Of a stretch of 64,000 bases of DNA, positions 30,126-40,187 are shown one piece after another. Numbering within the stretch: the stretch's first letter is position 1; the number at the start of each line of letters is the position of its first letter. The translations under genes were made by a program, and so were the position numbers. Origin of the DNA: an uncultured Methanosarcinales archaeon (GTDB taxonomy: Archaea > Nanobdellota > Nanobdellia > Woesearchaeales > GW2011-AR4). Under the pieces are notes generated by a model. It was not told the origin of the DNA. It worked only from the letters and a program-made list of their open reading frames with translations, and did not search any database. Where the stretch lies: positions 7,465 through 71,464 of the forward strand of contig CAZPFO010000002.1 in assembly GCA_964585935.1 (NCBI GenBank), in the 5' to 3' direction.

Positions 30126-30680
30126 ATGATTAAAATCGGTCAAAAAAGAAGATGGGGGGCAAACAAAAGGGGTTATTTTTTTGTTTTGGATGCTTTGCTT
30201 GCCCTTGGGGTCCTGGTTATGGGAGTTAGCCTTCTCCTAGCTGCTTATACGAGAACGCCGGAAAAAGGGCAGACAACAAATCTGGCAGAAGATGTACTGG
30301 ACTTTTTTGCAAAAACAAAAATAGAGGATTTCAACAACCCTTATTTTGGGCCTTCAGGCACTTTGGTGCGGGAAGGGTATATCAAGGATGAAAAAAAGAC
30401 ACTGCTGCAGCAACTAGGGGAGTTCTATGTTAATGGTGACCTTGATACTGCGGAAAAACTAATAACAAACGTGACTGAAAATCTAATCCAGGTCCAGTAC
30501 AAATATGAATTTTCGATTGAAGGTATAAGAGTATACCCTCAAAGCCCTTCTCAGGAGTTTTTAACATCAAAAAACAATGCAAAAGTTTTGTTTCCATCAA
30601 AAAAATTCAGTTTTGGGACAATAAACAATACCCTGGATTTATTTGGACCTTATGAGGTAGAGGTTTTAGTATGGCAGTAA
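30126..30680 (+). CDS. pilin-like protein
   Basis: KRGYFFVLDALL class III-like signal; start uncertain (30069 TTG or 30126 ATG). Confidence 0.8.
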   Translation: MIKIGQKRRWGANKRGYFFVLDALLALGVLVMGVSLLLAAYTRTPEKGQTTNLAEDVLDFFAKTKIEDFNNPYFGPSGTLVREGYIKDEKKTLLQQLGEFYVNGDLDTAEKLITNVTENLIQVQYKYEFSIEGIRVYPQSPSQEFLTSKNNAKVLFPSKKFSFGTINNTLDLFGPYEVEVLVWQ

Positions 30681-31654
30681 GACATAATAAAAAAGGAGTA
30701 TTTTTTACCTTCATAGCTATCCTTCTGGTAATGGTTCTTATGATGGTCTTTAATCCACAAACAGAGACGAGCTTTGATAAAGATTTTCCAAGCTTAAAAA
30801 CAAGAGTATCAAAAATTGACAATTTTATAACAGAGTTTGAAGCAGTATATCTTGAAAGAATATTGCAGAGTGCAACATATAAGGCCCTAATATCATTAAC
30901 TTATTATATGGACCAAAGGGATAGTTTTCTCACAGATTTGCAAGGGGATTTTAAGGAGGTTGTATTGTTTGGGACTATAGAAGGAGGCACAAAAATTGAC
31001 GACATTACCGGAGAAGATATCATGAAGAACAGTACGCTTCTGAACTGGACTGACAAAATAAAAGCGATTGCAAAAGACAATCTGAATATAGACATGAACA
31101 TTACAGTAACAGATGTTTCTATTAACCAATCAACACCATGGTTGGTTGATGTAATGCTCAGCCTGGACTATACGGTTTCGTCGGAAACAGCATTCTGGAG
31201 AAGGGAAAATGTCCTGATAAAGACAAAGTTAGGCACAGGCAATCTTTACGATCCTTTGTATTATGTAAACACAGACGGGGTTTATGAAAAGAAAGTTGTG
31301 CAGACTAATATAAGATTAGGGGAATGGAATGCAACAGCCTTAAAACAATTCATAAGAAATGACACATATTTCCGATGGCAGGGCACTAATGCCTCGAGCT
31401 TTTTAATGAGATTCACAAACACCTTTGAACCTTCACAGTGTTGCGGCATTGAATCTGTTGTTAACCCGAATAATATAGCTCCTTCTGACGTGATTGAAAG
31501 CTATGTTGATTATCACTTCTGGAATGATACTTACGAAGACCAGTGTGAAAAACTATACAATATAACGGAAATCTGGGATGAATTTGATGGATTTAAGTTA
31601 GATTTTGATTATACTATAAAATATAATGTAACAGGCGGGGAACGAACCTGTTAA
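30671..31654 (+). CDS. pilin-like exported protein
   Basis: KKGVFFTFIAILL signal; LYDPLY and CCGIES motifs. Confidence 0.8.
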   Translation: MAVRHNKKGVFFTFIAILLVMVLMMVFNPQTETSFDKDFPSLKTRVSKIDNFITEFEAVYLERILQSATYKALISLTYYMDQRDSFLTDLQGDFKEVVLFGTIEGGTKIDDITGEDIMKNSTLLNWTDKIKAIAKDNLNIDMNITVTDVSINQSTPWLVDVMLSLDYTVSSETAFWRRENVLIKTKLGTGNLYDPLYYVNTDGVYEKKVVQTNIRLGEWNATALKQFIRNDTYFRWQGTNASSFLMRFTNTFEPSQCCGIESVVNPNNIAPSDVIESYVDYHFWNDTYEDQCEKLYNITEIWDEFDGFKLDFDYTIKYNVTGGERTC

Positions 31655-31714
31655 ATGATACCACTCTTGAAAAATAACTAAAGTTTTTATATAGATTGCC
31701 TCTTTAGATGAGAC

Positions 31715-32167
31715 ATGGTTACAAAGAGCACTATCCTACAGACCGCGGCAGACCAATTAGTTGATTTTGTCATGAGCAAAGAAAAAGTCACGATAGAAGA
31801 GACAGCAAAAAGATTGAAGATACCCACAAAAACGGTTCAGGCATTGGTTGATTTTTTGGTTGAAGAAAAGGTGCTGGGCATAGAATATAAATTTACAACG
31901 CCTTATATTTATTTAAGCAAAAAAGACTCAAAAGAGCATTCCTTAACAAGAAAAAAAGAAGCGCCGGTTTTGATTTCAAAAGAGGAATTTTATGAAAAAT
32001 CAAAATCAAGAGATATATCCTACCAAAAGATAGGAGGCTTATGGAAAAAATACCTTGAAAAGCAGTTAGGGGGTGTGAGGGAGCAATTTTTTGAAAGAGC
32101 AAAAGAAAAAAAAATACATCCTGAAAAAATAGAAGGGTTATGGCAGAAATACCTCACTTATCTATGA
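31715..32167 (+). CDS. hypothetical protein with N-terminal winged-HTH-like region
   Basis: VTIEETAKRLKIPTKTVQALVDFLVEEKVL. Confidence 0.75.
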   Translation: MVTKSTILQTAADQLVDFVMSKEKVTIEETAKRLKIPTKTVQALVDFLVEEKVLGIEYKFTTPYIYLSKKDSKEHSLTRKKEAPVLISKEEFYEKSKSRDISYQKIGGLWKKYLEKQLGGVREQFFERAKEKKIHPEKIEGLWQKYLTYL

Positions 32168-32183
32168 GGATAGAGCAACTAAA

Positions 32184-33236
32184 ATGGACATAGACGAATT
32201 TTTGGATAAAGAGGAAGGTTCGCTTACAGGAAAGGAACCTGTAGAAGATAAAAAAACTGCAGAAGAAGGGCAGGAGATAGAAGAGCCTGTTATAGATGAG
32301 GAAGTATCTCCGATAATTGTTAAAGGGTACAAGGGCATTTTGGAAGAGATAAGCAAGTGTATTGAAAAAAATGATTTAATACAGGCAGAAAAGCTTTATT
32401 CTAAGCTTTGGCTTAAAATAACTGAGGATAAATTTACCTGGCAACAAGGAATGTATGATGACTTAATCCATATAAGCAACAGGCTAAAGGGCTCTGTAAA
32501 CAACCTGCAAAGCGAAACAACAGCAAAAATAGACACTATTCGCAGTTTGATAGTGGGTGTGAGGAAGAGCCTGAAAGAAGGGAAAGCTGAATCTGCTTTA
32601 ATTGCTTACTCAGAGATGATAGATGTTTACAACAAGATTCACTCCCAATTCTCTATGGAAAAAAAAGTGATTTATATAAATGAGATATTGCCATTATACT
32701 GGGAACTAAAGGACAGGGTGGAGAAGGTATTCTCCCAGAATTTCAATTTTGAGCTATCCCGCATTAATAATCTTATTCAGTCAACTAAAATAGCATTGCA
32801 AAAACATAAAGTTGAAAAATCAGCACAACTTTACAAAAACTGCTTCGATGGGTATAATGCACTGCCAGGTGGCTTTTTTCTTGAAAAAATAGAATTAGGC
32901 GCTAAGATTCTGGAACTTTACAAAGAGATGACAATTGTTCTTGAAATAGGGGATTTGAAATCCAGACTTAGGCTTGGGATGGGAGATGCTGGCAAAAGAA
33001 AGTATAGCACAAATATTCCTGCAAGGAGTGCAGTAGTACCGGGGAGACCGCCACTGCCTAAAATAGCCGGAGCACCACCTCTGCCAAACAATCTCAAAAG
33101 GTCTATTTCCCCTGAAATGCCAAATGTGGCTGCAGAAAGCGCTTCAAAAAAAAATTTAAAAGGGGAATTGATAAAAAGAAAAATAGGGAGCCTGTTGTCC
33201 AAGCGCAATAAAAGCCACATAAAAGAAGGCAATTAA
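32184..33236 (+). CDS. hypothetical helical-repeat protein
   Basis: 350-aa ORF; acidic N-terminus, repeated A..LY helices, Pro-rich tail. Confidence 0.8.
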   Translation: MDIDEFLDKEEGSLTGKEPVEDKKTAEEGQEIEEPVIDEEVSPIIVKGYKGILEEISKCIEKNDLIQAEKLYSKLWLKITEDKFTWQQGMYDDLIHISNRLKGSVNNLQSETTAKIDTIRSLIVGVRKSLKEGKAESALIAYSEMIDVYNKIHSQFSMEKKVIYINEILPLYWELKDRVEKVFSQNFNFELSRINNLIQSTKIALQKHKVEKSAQLYKNCFDGYNALPGGFFLEKIELGAKILELYKEMTIVLEIGDLKSRLRLGMGDAGKRKYSTNIPARSAVVPGRPPLPKIAGAPPLPNNLKRSISPEMPNVAAESASKKNLKGELIKRKIGSLLSKRNKSHIKEGN

Positions 33237-33333
33237 GATCTATAGTATAATTTAAGAAGAGTTCGTTATTTTTGATGTTCGAGTTTATACATGCGCTGAG
33301 TGGAGGGCATTCTCAACAAAAAGGGTGTATTGA

Positions 33334-34809
33334 TTGCAGGAAAAAATCATAGAATCTTATGAACTTTTGGTCAATGATATAATTGTAGATGTCGTGATTA
33401 AATATGTCGAGGGGGAGGCTGTGCCCTTATACACTATTTCTATTACAAACATCACTGATACGACTAAAATAGTCCTGGAGAAGATTAGGGAGGAATTTGT
33501 AGCAGAAGAAACAAAAGATCTTGCAGTAGGCCCTGAAGGCCTTATTGTTAAGGATATCCAAGAGCAGTTTAGAAAAAAAATATTAAAACTTTTAAAAAAA
33601 TATTTCCCTAATGCGGATAAAAAAACAATGGATATGCTTGTTAATTATGTCCTGCAGCAGAATATAGGATTGGGCAATATCGAGATATTATTAAAGGACA
33701 TAAACCTTGAGGAGATTGTGATAAACAGCGCTACAGAACCGCTATGGGTTTACCATAGAAGATATGGATGGCTAAAAACAAATGTTAAAGTGCCGAATGA
33801 GGCCAGAATCAGGCACTATTCCTCAATCATTGGAAGGGATGTTGGGAAGGAGATAACAGTCCTGAACCCATTAATGGATGCTCATTTGAAAACAGGAGAC
33901 AGGGTAAATGCAACCTTGCTTCCTATTTCATCAAAAGGCAATACAATAACCATAAGAAAATTTTCAGTAAGGCCCTGGACAATTACTGATTTTATTAAAG
34001 ACAATGTTGTGTCATACGAGGCTGCTGCCTTGCTTTGGATGGCTGTGCAGAACGAGCTGTCAGTTCTAATCACGGGAGGTACAGCTTCTGGTAAAACTTC
34101 TATGCTTAATGTAATCTCAAATTTCTTTCCCCCTAACCAGAGAATTCTCAGCATAGAGGACACAAGAGAGCTTCAATTGCCCAGCATACTGCACTGGGTT
34201 CCTTTGGAAACAAGGCTGCCCAACCCGGAAGGGAAAGGGGGAGTGAGTATGCTTGATTTGATTGTCAACTCATTAAGAATGAGGCCTGACAGAATAATAG
34301 TTGGAGAAATCAGGCGTAAAAGGGAGGCGGAGGTCCTGTTTGAAGCAATGCATACAGGCCATTCTGTGTATGGAACTTTGCATGCGAATAATGCAAGGGA
34401 AACAGTAATAAGGCTTACAACTCCCCCTATTGACCTGCCAAAAGCAATACTTTCTGCATTATCCTTAATTGTTGTTCAAAATCTCAACAGAAGAACAGGG
34501 AAGAGGAGAATGTTGCAGATAGCGGAAGTTTTACCAAATGGCGACCCCAACGTTCTAATGCAGTTAAATGCCCATAAAGGGCGTTTGGAGAAGGTTAATG
34601 AACCCAAGGCCATAATGGAAACCTTAAATCTTTACACAGGCTTTTCAAAAGAGGAAATAAATAAGGATTTAAAAGGAAAGGAAAAGATACTTCATTGGAT
34701 GGTGAGAAAAAACATTAATGATATCAATAAAGTAGGCCTTATTATGTCAAAGTATTATCTCGATAAGCCATTTTTAAAAGAAAAAGGGGTGGAAAAATCG
34801 CAGATATAG
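33334..34809 (+). CDS. type II/IV secretion ATPase (TadA/VirB11/FlaI-like)
   Basis: GGTASGKT, SIEDTREL, LRMRPDRIIVGEIR, HTGH. Confidence 0.97.
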   Translation: MQEKIIESYELLVNDIIVDVVIKYVEGEAVPLYTISITNITDTTKIVLEKIREEFVAEETKDLAVGPEGLIVKDIQEQFRKKILKLLKKYFPNADKKTMDMLVNYVLQQNIGLGNIEILLKDINLEEIVINSATEPLWVYHRRYGWLKTNVKVPNEARIRHYSSIIGRDVGKEITVLNPLMDAHLKTGDRVNATLLPISSKGNTITIRKFSVRPWTITDFIKDNVVSYEAAALLWMAVQNELSVLITGGTASGKTSMLNVISNFFPPNQRILSIEDTRELQLPSILHWVPLETRLPNPEGKGGVSMLDLIVNSLRMRPDRIIVGEIRRKREAEVLFEAMHTGHSVYGTLHANNARETVIRLTTPPIDLPKAILSALSLIVVQNLNRRTGKRRMLQIAEVLPNGDPNVLMQLNAHKGRLEKVNEPKAIMETLNLYTGFSKEEINKDLKGKEKILHWMVRKNINDINKVGLIMSKYYLDKPFLKEKGVEKSQI

Positions 34810-34856
34810 CTCATTGGCTGGCTCATCTGTATCCTAACTTAAAAAAAGACCTTAGG

Positions 34857-35609
34857 ATGGCTCATATAAAAGAAGCCCCAGATGTGTTTATGGGCGGGAA
34901 CCTAAAAAAATCTTTGCTTTTTGCTTTCCTATCCACAGTTCTTTTTTTTTTCTTGCTCGACAAGGCAGGGGCGCCTAAATTTCTGCTTATAGTGGTTTTT
35001 GCAGTTATGTTTTTTGTCTTTTTCAACTTCTCTCTTCTAACTATACAGGGCAAAATAAAGAAGAGGGAAAGGGAGATAAACCAGGAAATCTTATTTGTAG
35101 GCCAGTATTTACTGGTAAAACTATATTCTGGAAAGCCAATCATGAATGCGTTGATGGAGACTGCCCAGAGCAGGGGCATAACAGCCAAATCTATCAAGGA
35201 GATAGTGGATGATATTGACACAGGGTCTCCTGTAGAGGTGGCGCTTGAAAATGCCGCAAACTATTCCCCTTCTGAAAAATTCAGGAAAATCCTCTTCCAG
35301 ATTAATAACGCACTGAAACTAGGCATAGACGTCAGTACCCCCCTGGAATCAGTGATAAGTGAGATAGAAGATGAACAAGAGATAGAAATAAAAAAATACA
35401 GCAAAAAACTCAACAGCATTGTAGTTTTTTATATGCTTGGAGCAATAGTCATCCCGTCTATAGGGATGGTAATGTTTATTGTTTTTGCAAGTTTCATAAA
35501 TTTTGCAATTGACAATGTTGTGTTTTTTGTTGTTTTATTTTTTATCGCGTTAATACAAGTGGTATTTATTTCATTGTTTAAATCAATAAAACCAATGGTG
35601 GAGCTATAG
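34857..35609 (+). CDS. T2SS F-domain pilus platform protein (TadB/C-like); may start upstream
   Basis: Hydrophobic segments + SGKP..NAL...EIVDDIDTG; follows the ATPase. Confidence 0.9.
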   Translation: MAHIKEAPDVFMGGNLKKSLLFAFLSTVLFFFLLDKAGAPKFLLIVVFAVMFFVFFNFSLLTIQGKIKKREREINQEILFVGQYLLVKLYSGKPIMNALMETAQSRGITAKSIKEIVDDIDTGSPVEVALENAANYSPSEKFRKILFQINNALKLGIDVSTPLESVISEIEDEQEIEIKKYSKKLNSIVVFYMLGAIVIPSIGMVMFIVFASFINFAIDNVVFFVVLFFIALIQVVFISLFKSIKPMVEL

Positions 35610-35619
35610 GTGTTTTTTT

Positions 35620-36651
35620 ATGCCGCTTAAGTTAGTATTTTTAGACGAGTTTGGAAAAGCATTTGTCCCTAAGAAGGCTGTGCCTTATCTTAGGAAATAC
35701 CTGCTAAAAGCGAATATTTCTCCAGTGCCCTACAAATTTTTTGGAGCCTTGTTCTACCTTACAGCCTTGATTACAGCAATAATTTATATATTGTTTATCT
35801 ATCCGTTTTTAACACAATATCCTCCACTGGCCTTGCTCCTACTTTCTTTTTCATCCTGGTTTGTTACTCAATTCTTCTTTGCAGCTTTATTCATCATGCT
35901 TATTTATTTCTACCTTGATTTGAAAATTTACCGCAGGACAAAGCATCTGGAGGAGATGCTTCCTGATTTCCTGCAAGTAGTATCCTCAAATTTAAAGGGG
36001 GGAATGTCTTTTGAGAACTCATTATGGGCTGCAATAAAACCCAGGTTCTCTATCCTGGCAAACGAGATGGCAGAAGTGTCAAAAAAAGTTATGACTGGTT
36101 ACGATGTTGACAAGGCTTTGATAGAGTTATCAGAAAAGTACAACTCCACTACCCTAAAGCGCGCTGTTGACCTTATAATAAGCGAGTTAGAAAGCGGGGG
36201 CAATATAGCAGAATTGATTGATAAGGTTGTCGAAAATATGAAAAGGACTAAAAATTTAAAAGCTGATATGGTTGCATCCGCTACTTCCTATATAATCTTT
36301 ATTGGGGTGATAGTAGTTCTGATAGCTCCATTGCTTTTTTCTCTTTCATATACTTTATTGATTGTTGTGTCTGGCTTTATGTCAAAGATTTCAAGCGCTA
36401 CACAAAATGCCCCCAATATACCATTTTCATTCGGCCAGGTATCGGTTGACCTGGAAAGTTTCAAGATATTCTCATATTTAGCAGTTTCTGTCATCGCGCT
36501 TTTTTCTTCAATGATAGTAGCTATAGTTGAGAAAAATGATATCAGGGGGGGCATTAAATACATACCCATGTTTTTGGCTGGCTCTCTGATTTTTTATACT
36601 ATATTCATGAATGTGCTGTCACTTTTATTTTCGGGTTTAGCTCCCGCTTAA
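35620..36651 (+). CDS. T2SS F-domain pilus platform protein (TadC/FlaJ-like)
   Basis: LPDFLQVVSSNLKGGMS...ESGGNIAELI. Confidence 0.92.
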   Translation: MPLKLVFLDEFGKAFVPKKAVPYLRKYLLKANISPVPYKFFGALFYLTALITAIIYILFIYPFLTQYPPLALLLLSFSSWFVTQFFFAALFIMLIYFYLDLKIYRRTKHLEEMLPDFLQVVSSNLKGGMSFENSLWAAIKPRFSILANEMAEVSKKVMTGYDVDKALIELSEKYNSTTLKRAVDLIISELESGGNIAELIDKVVENMKRTKNLKADMVASATSYIIFIGVIVVLIAPLLFSLSYTLLIVVSGFMSKISSATQNAPNIPFSFGQVSVDLESFKIFSYLAVSVIALFSSMIVAIVEKNDIRGGIKYIPMFLAGSLIFYTIFMNVLSLLFSGLAPA

Positions 36652-36708
36652 ACGAAACATTTAAATATGATCCAGATAGAGAATAATGTAAAAAGAGGTA
36701 AGAAAAAA

Positions 36709-36942
36709 ATGGAGCACCATCGTCATAAGCTTTTTATGGGGATTACGTCTATAGTTATATTGATTTTAGGCCTGATCTTCGGCGTTTTCTTGGTTTCAAA
36801 TAATAACGGCCTTATCAGCATAGACGGCATAAACTTCGCTTTATTGCTGACTACAATAATACTGCTCCTTATGAACGGGGGCTTGATTTTAGAAATGAGG
36901 GATATTTTAACTGAAAAAACAAAAAAATCCAAACGCAAATGA
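36709..36942 (+). CDS. small two-TM protein
   Basis: GAGGT SD; two hydrophobic segments. Confidence 0.7.
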   Translation: MEHHRHKLFMGITSIVILILGLIFGVFLVSNNNGLISIDGINFALLLTTIILLLMNGGLILEMRDILTEKTKKSKRK

Positions 36943-37442
36943 TATTGACGATTAAAAGCAGGGGTAAAGGCCAGATAGCATTGGAATTCCTGACTACATA
37001 CGGCTGGGCATTTCTGGTCATTATAATAATGATATCTGCTTTGGCTTATTTTGGAATCTTAGACCCGAGCAAATTATTGCCTGACAGGTGCAACTTCGGC
37101 ACTGAGATCGGGTGTGCGGATCATCTGCTTGATGCAAGCGGCGATAATTTCAGGTTGAGATTGAAGAATAATGTTGGCGAGATTATAACAGTTTCCGGTA
37201 TTTCCTTAAGCAGTCAAACAGCTACATCATTTACCTGTAGTTCGTTCGATTCCGGAAATCCTTCAAATTGGAAAAGCGGGAATATAGAAGACCTCTCATG
37301 GAGCGGCTGCACCTGGAGTTCGGCGGGATTCGAGCCCGGCAGCAAAGCCAAAATAGAGGTAAAAATAACATATAACAAGGTCAAAAGTGGAGCAAGCTAC
37401 CCCCATGATGTCCATGGCGAGGTTTTAGCAACAGTAGGCTAA
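36939..37442 (+). CDS. type IV pilin
   Basis: KGQIALEFLTTYGWA. Confidence 0.92.
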   Translation: MILTIKSRGKGQIALEFLTTYGWAFLVIIIMISALAYFGILDPSKLLPDRCNFGTEIGCADHLLDASGDNFRLRLKNNVGEIITVSGISLSSQTATSFTCSSFDSGNPSNWKSGNIEDLSWSGCTWSSAGFEPGSKAKIEVKITYNKVKSGASYPHDVHGEVLATVG

Positions 37443-37509
37443 TTTTACTTTTTCTGTGTTGATAAGGTGAAAAAGGGAAAGAGTTAAATAGAATAAAAGA
37501 AAAAATTAA

Positions 37510-37875
37510 GATTATCAATAATAAAAATAATCAAGATTTAATAAAATTATTAGTAAGAATTAAACAATAAATAAAAATTATCAATAAGAAATTATCACTA
37601 ATAAAAATAATCAATAAAAAACAAACCAATGAGTGCACAAACAGTGATTCCTTGGTTGTGAGTGTTTATGTGCGGTCGTTTTTTTATTTTAAAATCCTAA
37701 AAAATCAAAGATTTTTGGGACACCAAAAATTCTGAAGGAATTTTTTAGTGTTTTAAAACAATTGAAAAAATAAATAAAAAACGCTGCTGGAAAACGAGCA
37801 AATAATTGTGAATGTGGAACATGAATAATGATTAAATATTTAAATGATAGAAATTGATTAAAATACTGATTAAAA
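37510..37875 (+). repeat. structured intergenic element copy 1 (subtype A; core 37625-37832)
   Basis: ACCAATGAGTGCACAAACA...GTTGTGAG...GGTCGTTTTTT [nested-hairpin insert] AAAAAACG...CAAATAATTGTG..TGTGGAACAT...AATGAT. Confidence 0.85.
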
Positions 37876-37887
37876 AAGAGGTACAAA

Positions 37888-38370
37888 ATGGGCAATAGAA
37901 AAGCTCAGGCAGCGCTGGAATTTCTTACTACATACGGCTGGGCAATTCTGGTTATATTGATTACGATAAGCGCGCTTTATTACTTCGGAATCTTTGATTT
38001 TACCAAATATCTTCCTCAGGAATGTAATTTCCCGCCGCAATTCAAGTGTATTGACTTTAGCATGATAGATGAAGGAGGAACTCAGGAGATAAGATTCCTG
38101 CTTTTGAATAATATTGGGGAGGAGGTTTATGTAGAGGGATTCGATATAACGAATAATGCAGATCCGCCTCTGGAATGTACAGGGCCAACAAACACTCCTG
38201 AGTGGGTGAGTGGTGAAGAGAAGGATTTTGTATTTACCAACTGCCAATATGGAGTGTTTATAGAGGGAGAAAGAATTGAAGCCAAAATAAATTTTACATA
38301 CTATGCTCCTCTTACGCCTTCTCAACCAAGACATACTGTAAGAGGAAAAATAACAGGCACAGTAGGATGA
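37888..38370 (+). CDS. type IV pilin
   Basis: KAQAALEFLTTYGWA. Confidence 0.92.
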   Translation: MGNRKAQAALEFLTTYGWAILVILITISALYYFGIFDFTKYLPQECNFPPQFKCIDFSMIDEGGTQEIRFLLLNNIGEEVYVEGFDITNNADPPLECTGPTNTPEWVSGEEKDFVFTNCQYGVFIEGERIEAKINFTYYAPLTPSQPRHTVRGKITGTVG

Positions 38371-38816
38371 AAGCACAATCTGCCTTGGAATATCTGATGG
38401 TCGTAGCACTGACGCTAATGATAATTGTACCTACAACTTACTTGTTTTATAGCTATTCAAAACAATCGACAGACCAGCTGATTTATCCCCAGATAAATGG
38501 TATAGGAAGAGAAATTATAAGCACTGCAGAATCGGTTTATTATTCTGGCGAGCATTCAAGAATTGTCATGGACATCAACATGCCTGAGAAAGTCAATGAT
38601 GTTTATATCCTTGACGAGAGGGAGCTTGTTTTTGAGATTGAGGGTGAATCAGGAAACAATGAAATGGTTTTTTTCTCAGATGTCAACATAACCTCTGATT
38701 CAGATTCGTGCACTACAGTAAAATGCTATGTAAATATATCGTCTTCTGGAATAAAAAAAGTAAAGATAGAGTCTATCAACCAAGGCAGAGAGGTTTTGAT
38801 TAATAAAACAGGATGA
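38367..38816 (+). CDS. type IV pilin-like protein
   Basis: MKAQSALEYL. Confidence 0.9.
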   Translation: MKAQSALEYLMVVALTLMIIVPTTYLFYSYSKQSTDQLIYPQINGIGREIISTAESVYYSGEHSRIVMDINMPEKVNDVYILDERELVFEIEGESGNNEMVFFSDVNITSDSDSCTTVKCYVNISSSGIKKVKIESINQGREVLINKTG

Positions 38817-39814
38817 TCAAACCATACAAAAAAGCCCAGTTTGGAATAGAATTCGTCATACTAATCACTTTTATGCTCATAGTATTTCTTGGGTTTTTTG
38901 GCATAATCACATACAAATTGGCTGATCTGGAAGAAGAGGGAAAGCAGCAGGCAGCAGCAAATATAGCTTTATTGGTGGATAATGAAGTAAAGCTGGCTAA
39001 ATCCTCTAATAATGGCTATGAAAGGGTTTTTGAAATTCCTAGTAAAATAGAAGGCAGTGATTATAACATAAGCATTATTGGTAATAGGGAGGTTGTTGTT
39101 GCTTACCCTGGGTATGAGCATATTTTGTTTCTGCCTCCGGGTGTTGAAGGAAATGTAAGCAGCGGCCTTAATAATATTACAAAAACAGAAGGCATTGTAT
39201 ATCTTCAGGGTATTACTCCGGAATGTAACAATGGAGAGGATGATGATGGCGATACTTACTTAGATTCGGCTGATCCAGGCTGTTATATTAATTGTGATTA
39301 TGTAGATGCTGGTAATTTTAGAAGGTATAGGCATGAAGCAGATAGCTGCAGTTGCAGCTCTGTAGGGCAGTGCTGCTCAGGCGCGGGCTTTGGATCTTAT
39401 TATGGCTATTTTGATGGTGATTGTGGCGGAGGCCAGTGCTGGTCAGCATGCTCTATTGGTGAAAATGTGTTGTTGATAATGAGGAACCTTATTTCAAATG
39501 TTATCAGGTTTGAAAATGATGGGGATGTTATATTGAAAGGGCAATTTCAGGATGATGATCCTAACCCTCCTGTTTCAGATGATGATGAATTCATATTTAA
39601 GGATAGAAATGGAATTACTGTTGCAGTGATCAATTTAGGGTCTGGAGATATGTTCATAAATGGAAGCAAATATGAAAACCAGCCAGCATTAACGCCTTCT
39701 CCAACAAGCAATGATTTCATTGTAAAAGACTCTAGTGGAGAGGTGATGTATTACATTGATGAGACTGGAAATCTTTATTTAAAAGGGACTTTAACAGACA
39801 ATGGAAATCCTTGA
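38813..39814 (+). CDS. pilin-like protein with Cys/Asp-rich motif and repeated C-terminal domain
   Basis: KKAQFGIEF; ECNNGEDDDGDTYLDSADPGC; two F.(F/V)KD..G repeats. Confidence 0.88.
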   Translation: MIKPYKKAQFGIEFVILITFMLIVFLGFFGIITYKLADLEEEGKQQAAANIALLVDNEVKLAKSSNNGYERVFEIPSKIEGSDYNISIIGNREVVVAYPGYEHILFLPPGVEGNVSSGLNNITKTEGIVYLQGITPECNNGEDDDGDTYLDSADPGCYINCDYVDAGNFRRYRHEADSCSCSSVGQCCSGAGFGSYYGYFDGDCGGGQCWSACSIGENVLLIMRNLISNVIRFENDGDVILKGQFQDDDPNPPVSDDDEFIFKDRNGITVAVINLGSGDMFINGSKYENQPALTPSPTSNDFIVKDSSGEVMYYIDETGNLYLKGTLTDNGNP

Positions 39815-39819
39815 ATAGA

Positions 39820-40160
39820 AAAATAAACAATTGAAAAAAAAGCCAATGATAAAAATCAATGAAAAATTCAATATTTAATAAAATTATCAATGAAAAAATA
39901 ACCAATAAGAAAAAAATTCAATAAAAAAATACCAATGAAAATTAAAAAAATAACCAAGGAGTGCACAAACACTGCTTCCTCAATGGTGAGCGTGTATCTG
40001 CAGTCATTTTTTAATTTTTGAAAATTTAAACAATTTAAAAATAAATAAAAAAACTCAGATGATGAAAGCGCAAACAATTGTGCATGTGGAACATAAATAA
40101 TGGCGGAAAATTTAAATGGTAAAAATTGATAATAAAAATTTAAAAAATTGATTAAAAAAT
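39820..40160 (+). repeat. structured intergenic element copy 2 (subtype A; core 39953-40104)
   Basis: ACCAAGGAGTGCACAAACACTGC...GCAGTCATTTTTT...AAAAAAACTCAGATGATGAAAGCGCAAACAATTGTGCATGTGGAACAT. Confidence 0.9.
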
Positions 40161-40187
40161 AATTTAAAATAAATATTGAGGTGAAAA

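Noticed and set aside
37625-37832. Repeat family read as a CRISPR array or classical MITE
   Set aside because: The copies are dispersed with no repeat-spacer periodicity and no cas genes. The ends show only a weak inverted echo (ATCATT-N16/17-CACAA-N4-TTGTG), no target duplication, and strand-biased arms. A DNA-level role is not fully excluded.
40058-40066. Box C-like ATGATGA in copies 2 and 4
   Set aside because: Not conserved in the other four copies, and there is no consistent box D.
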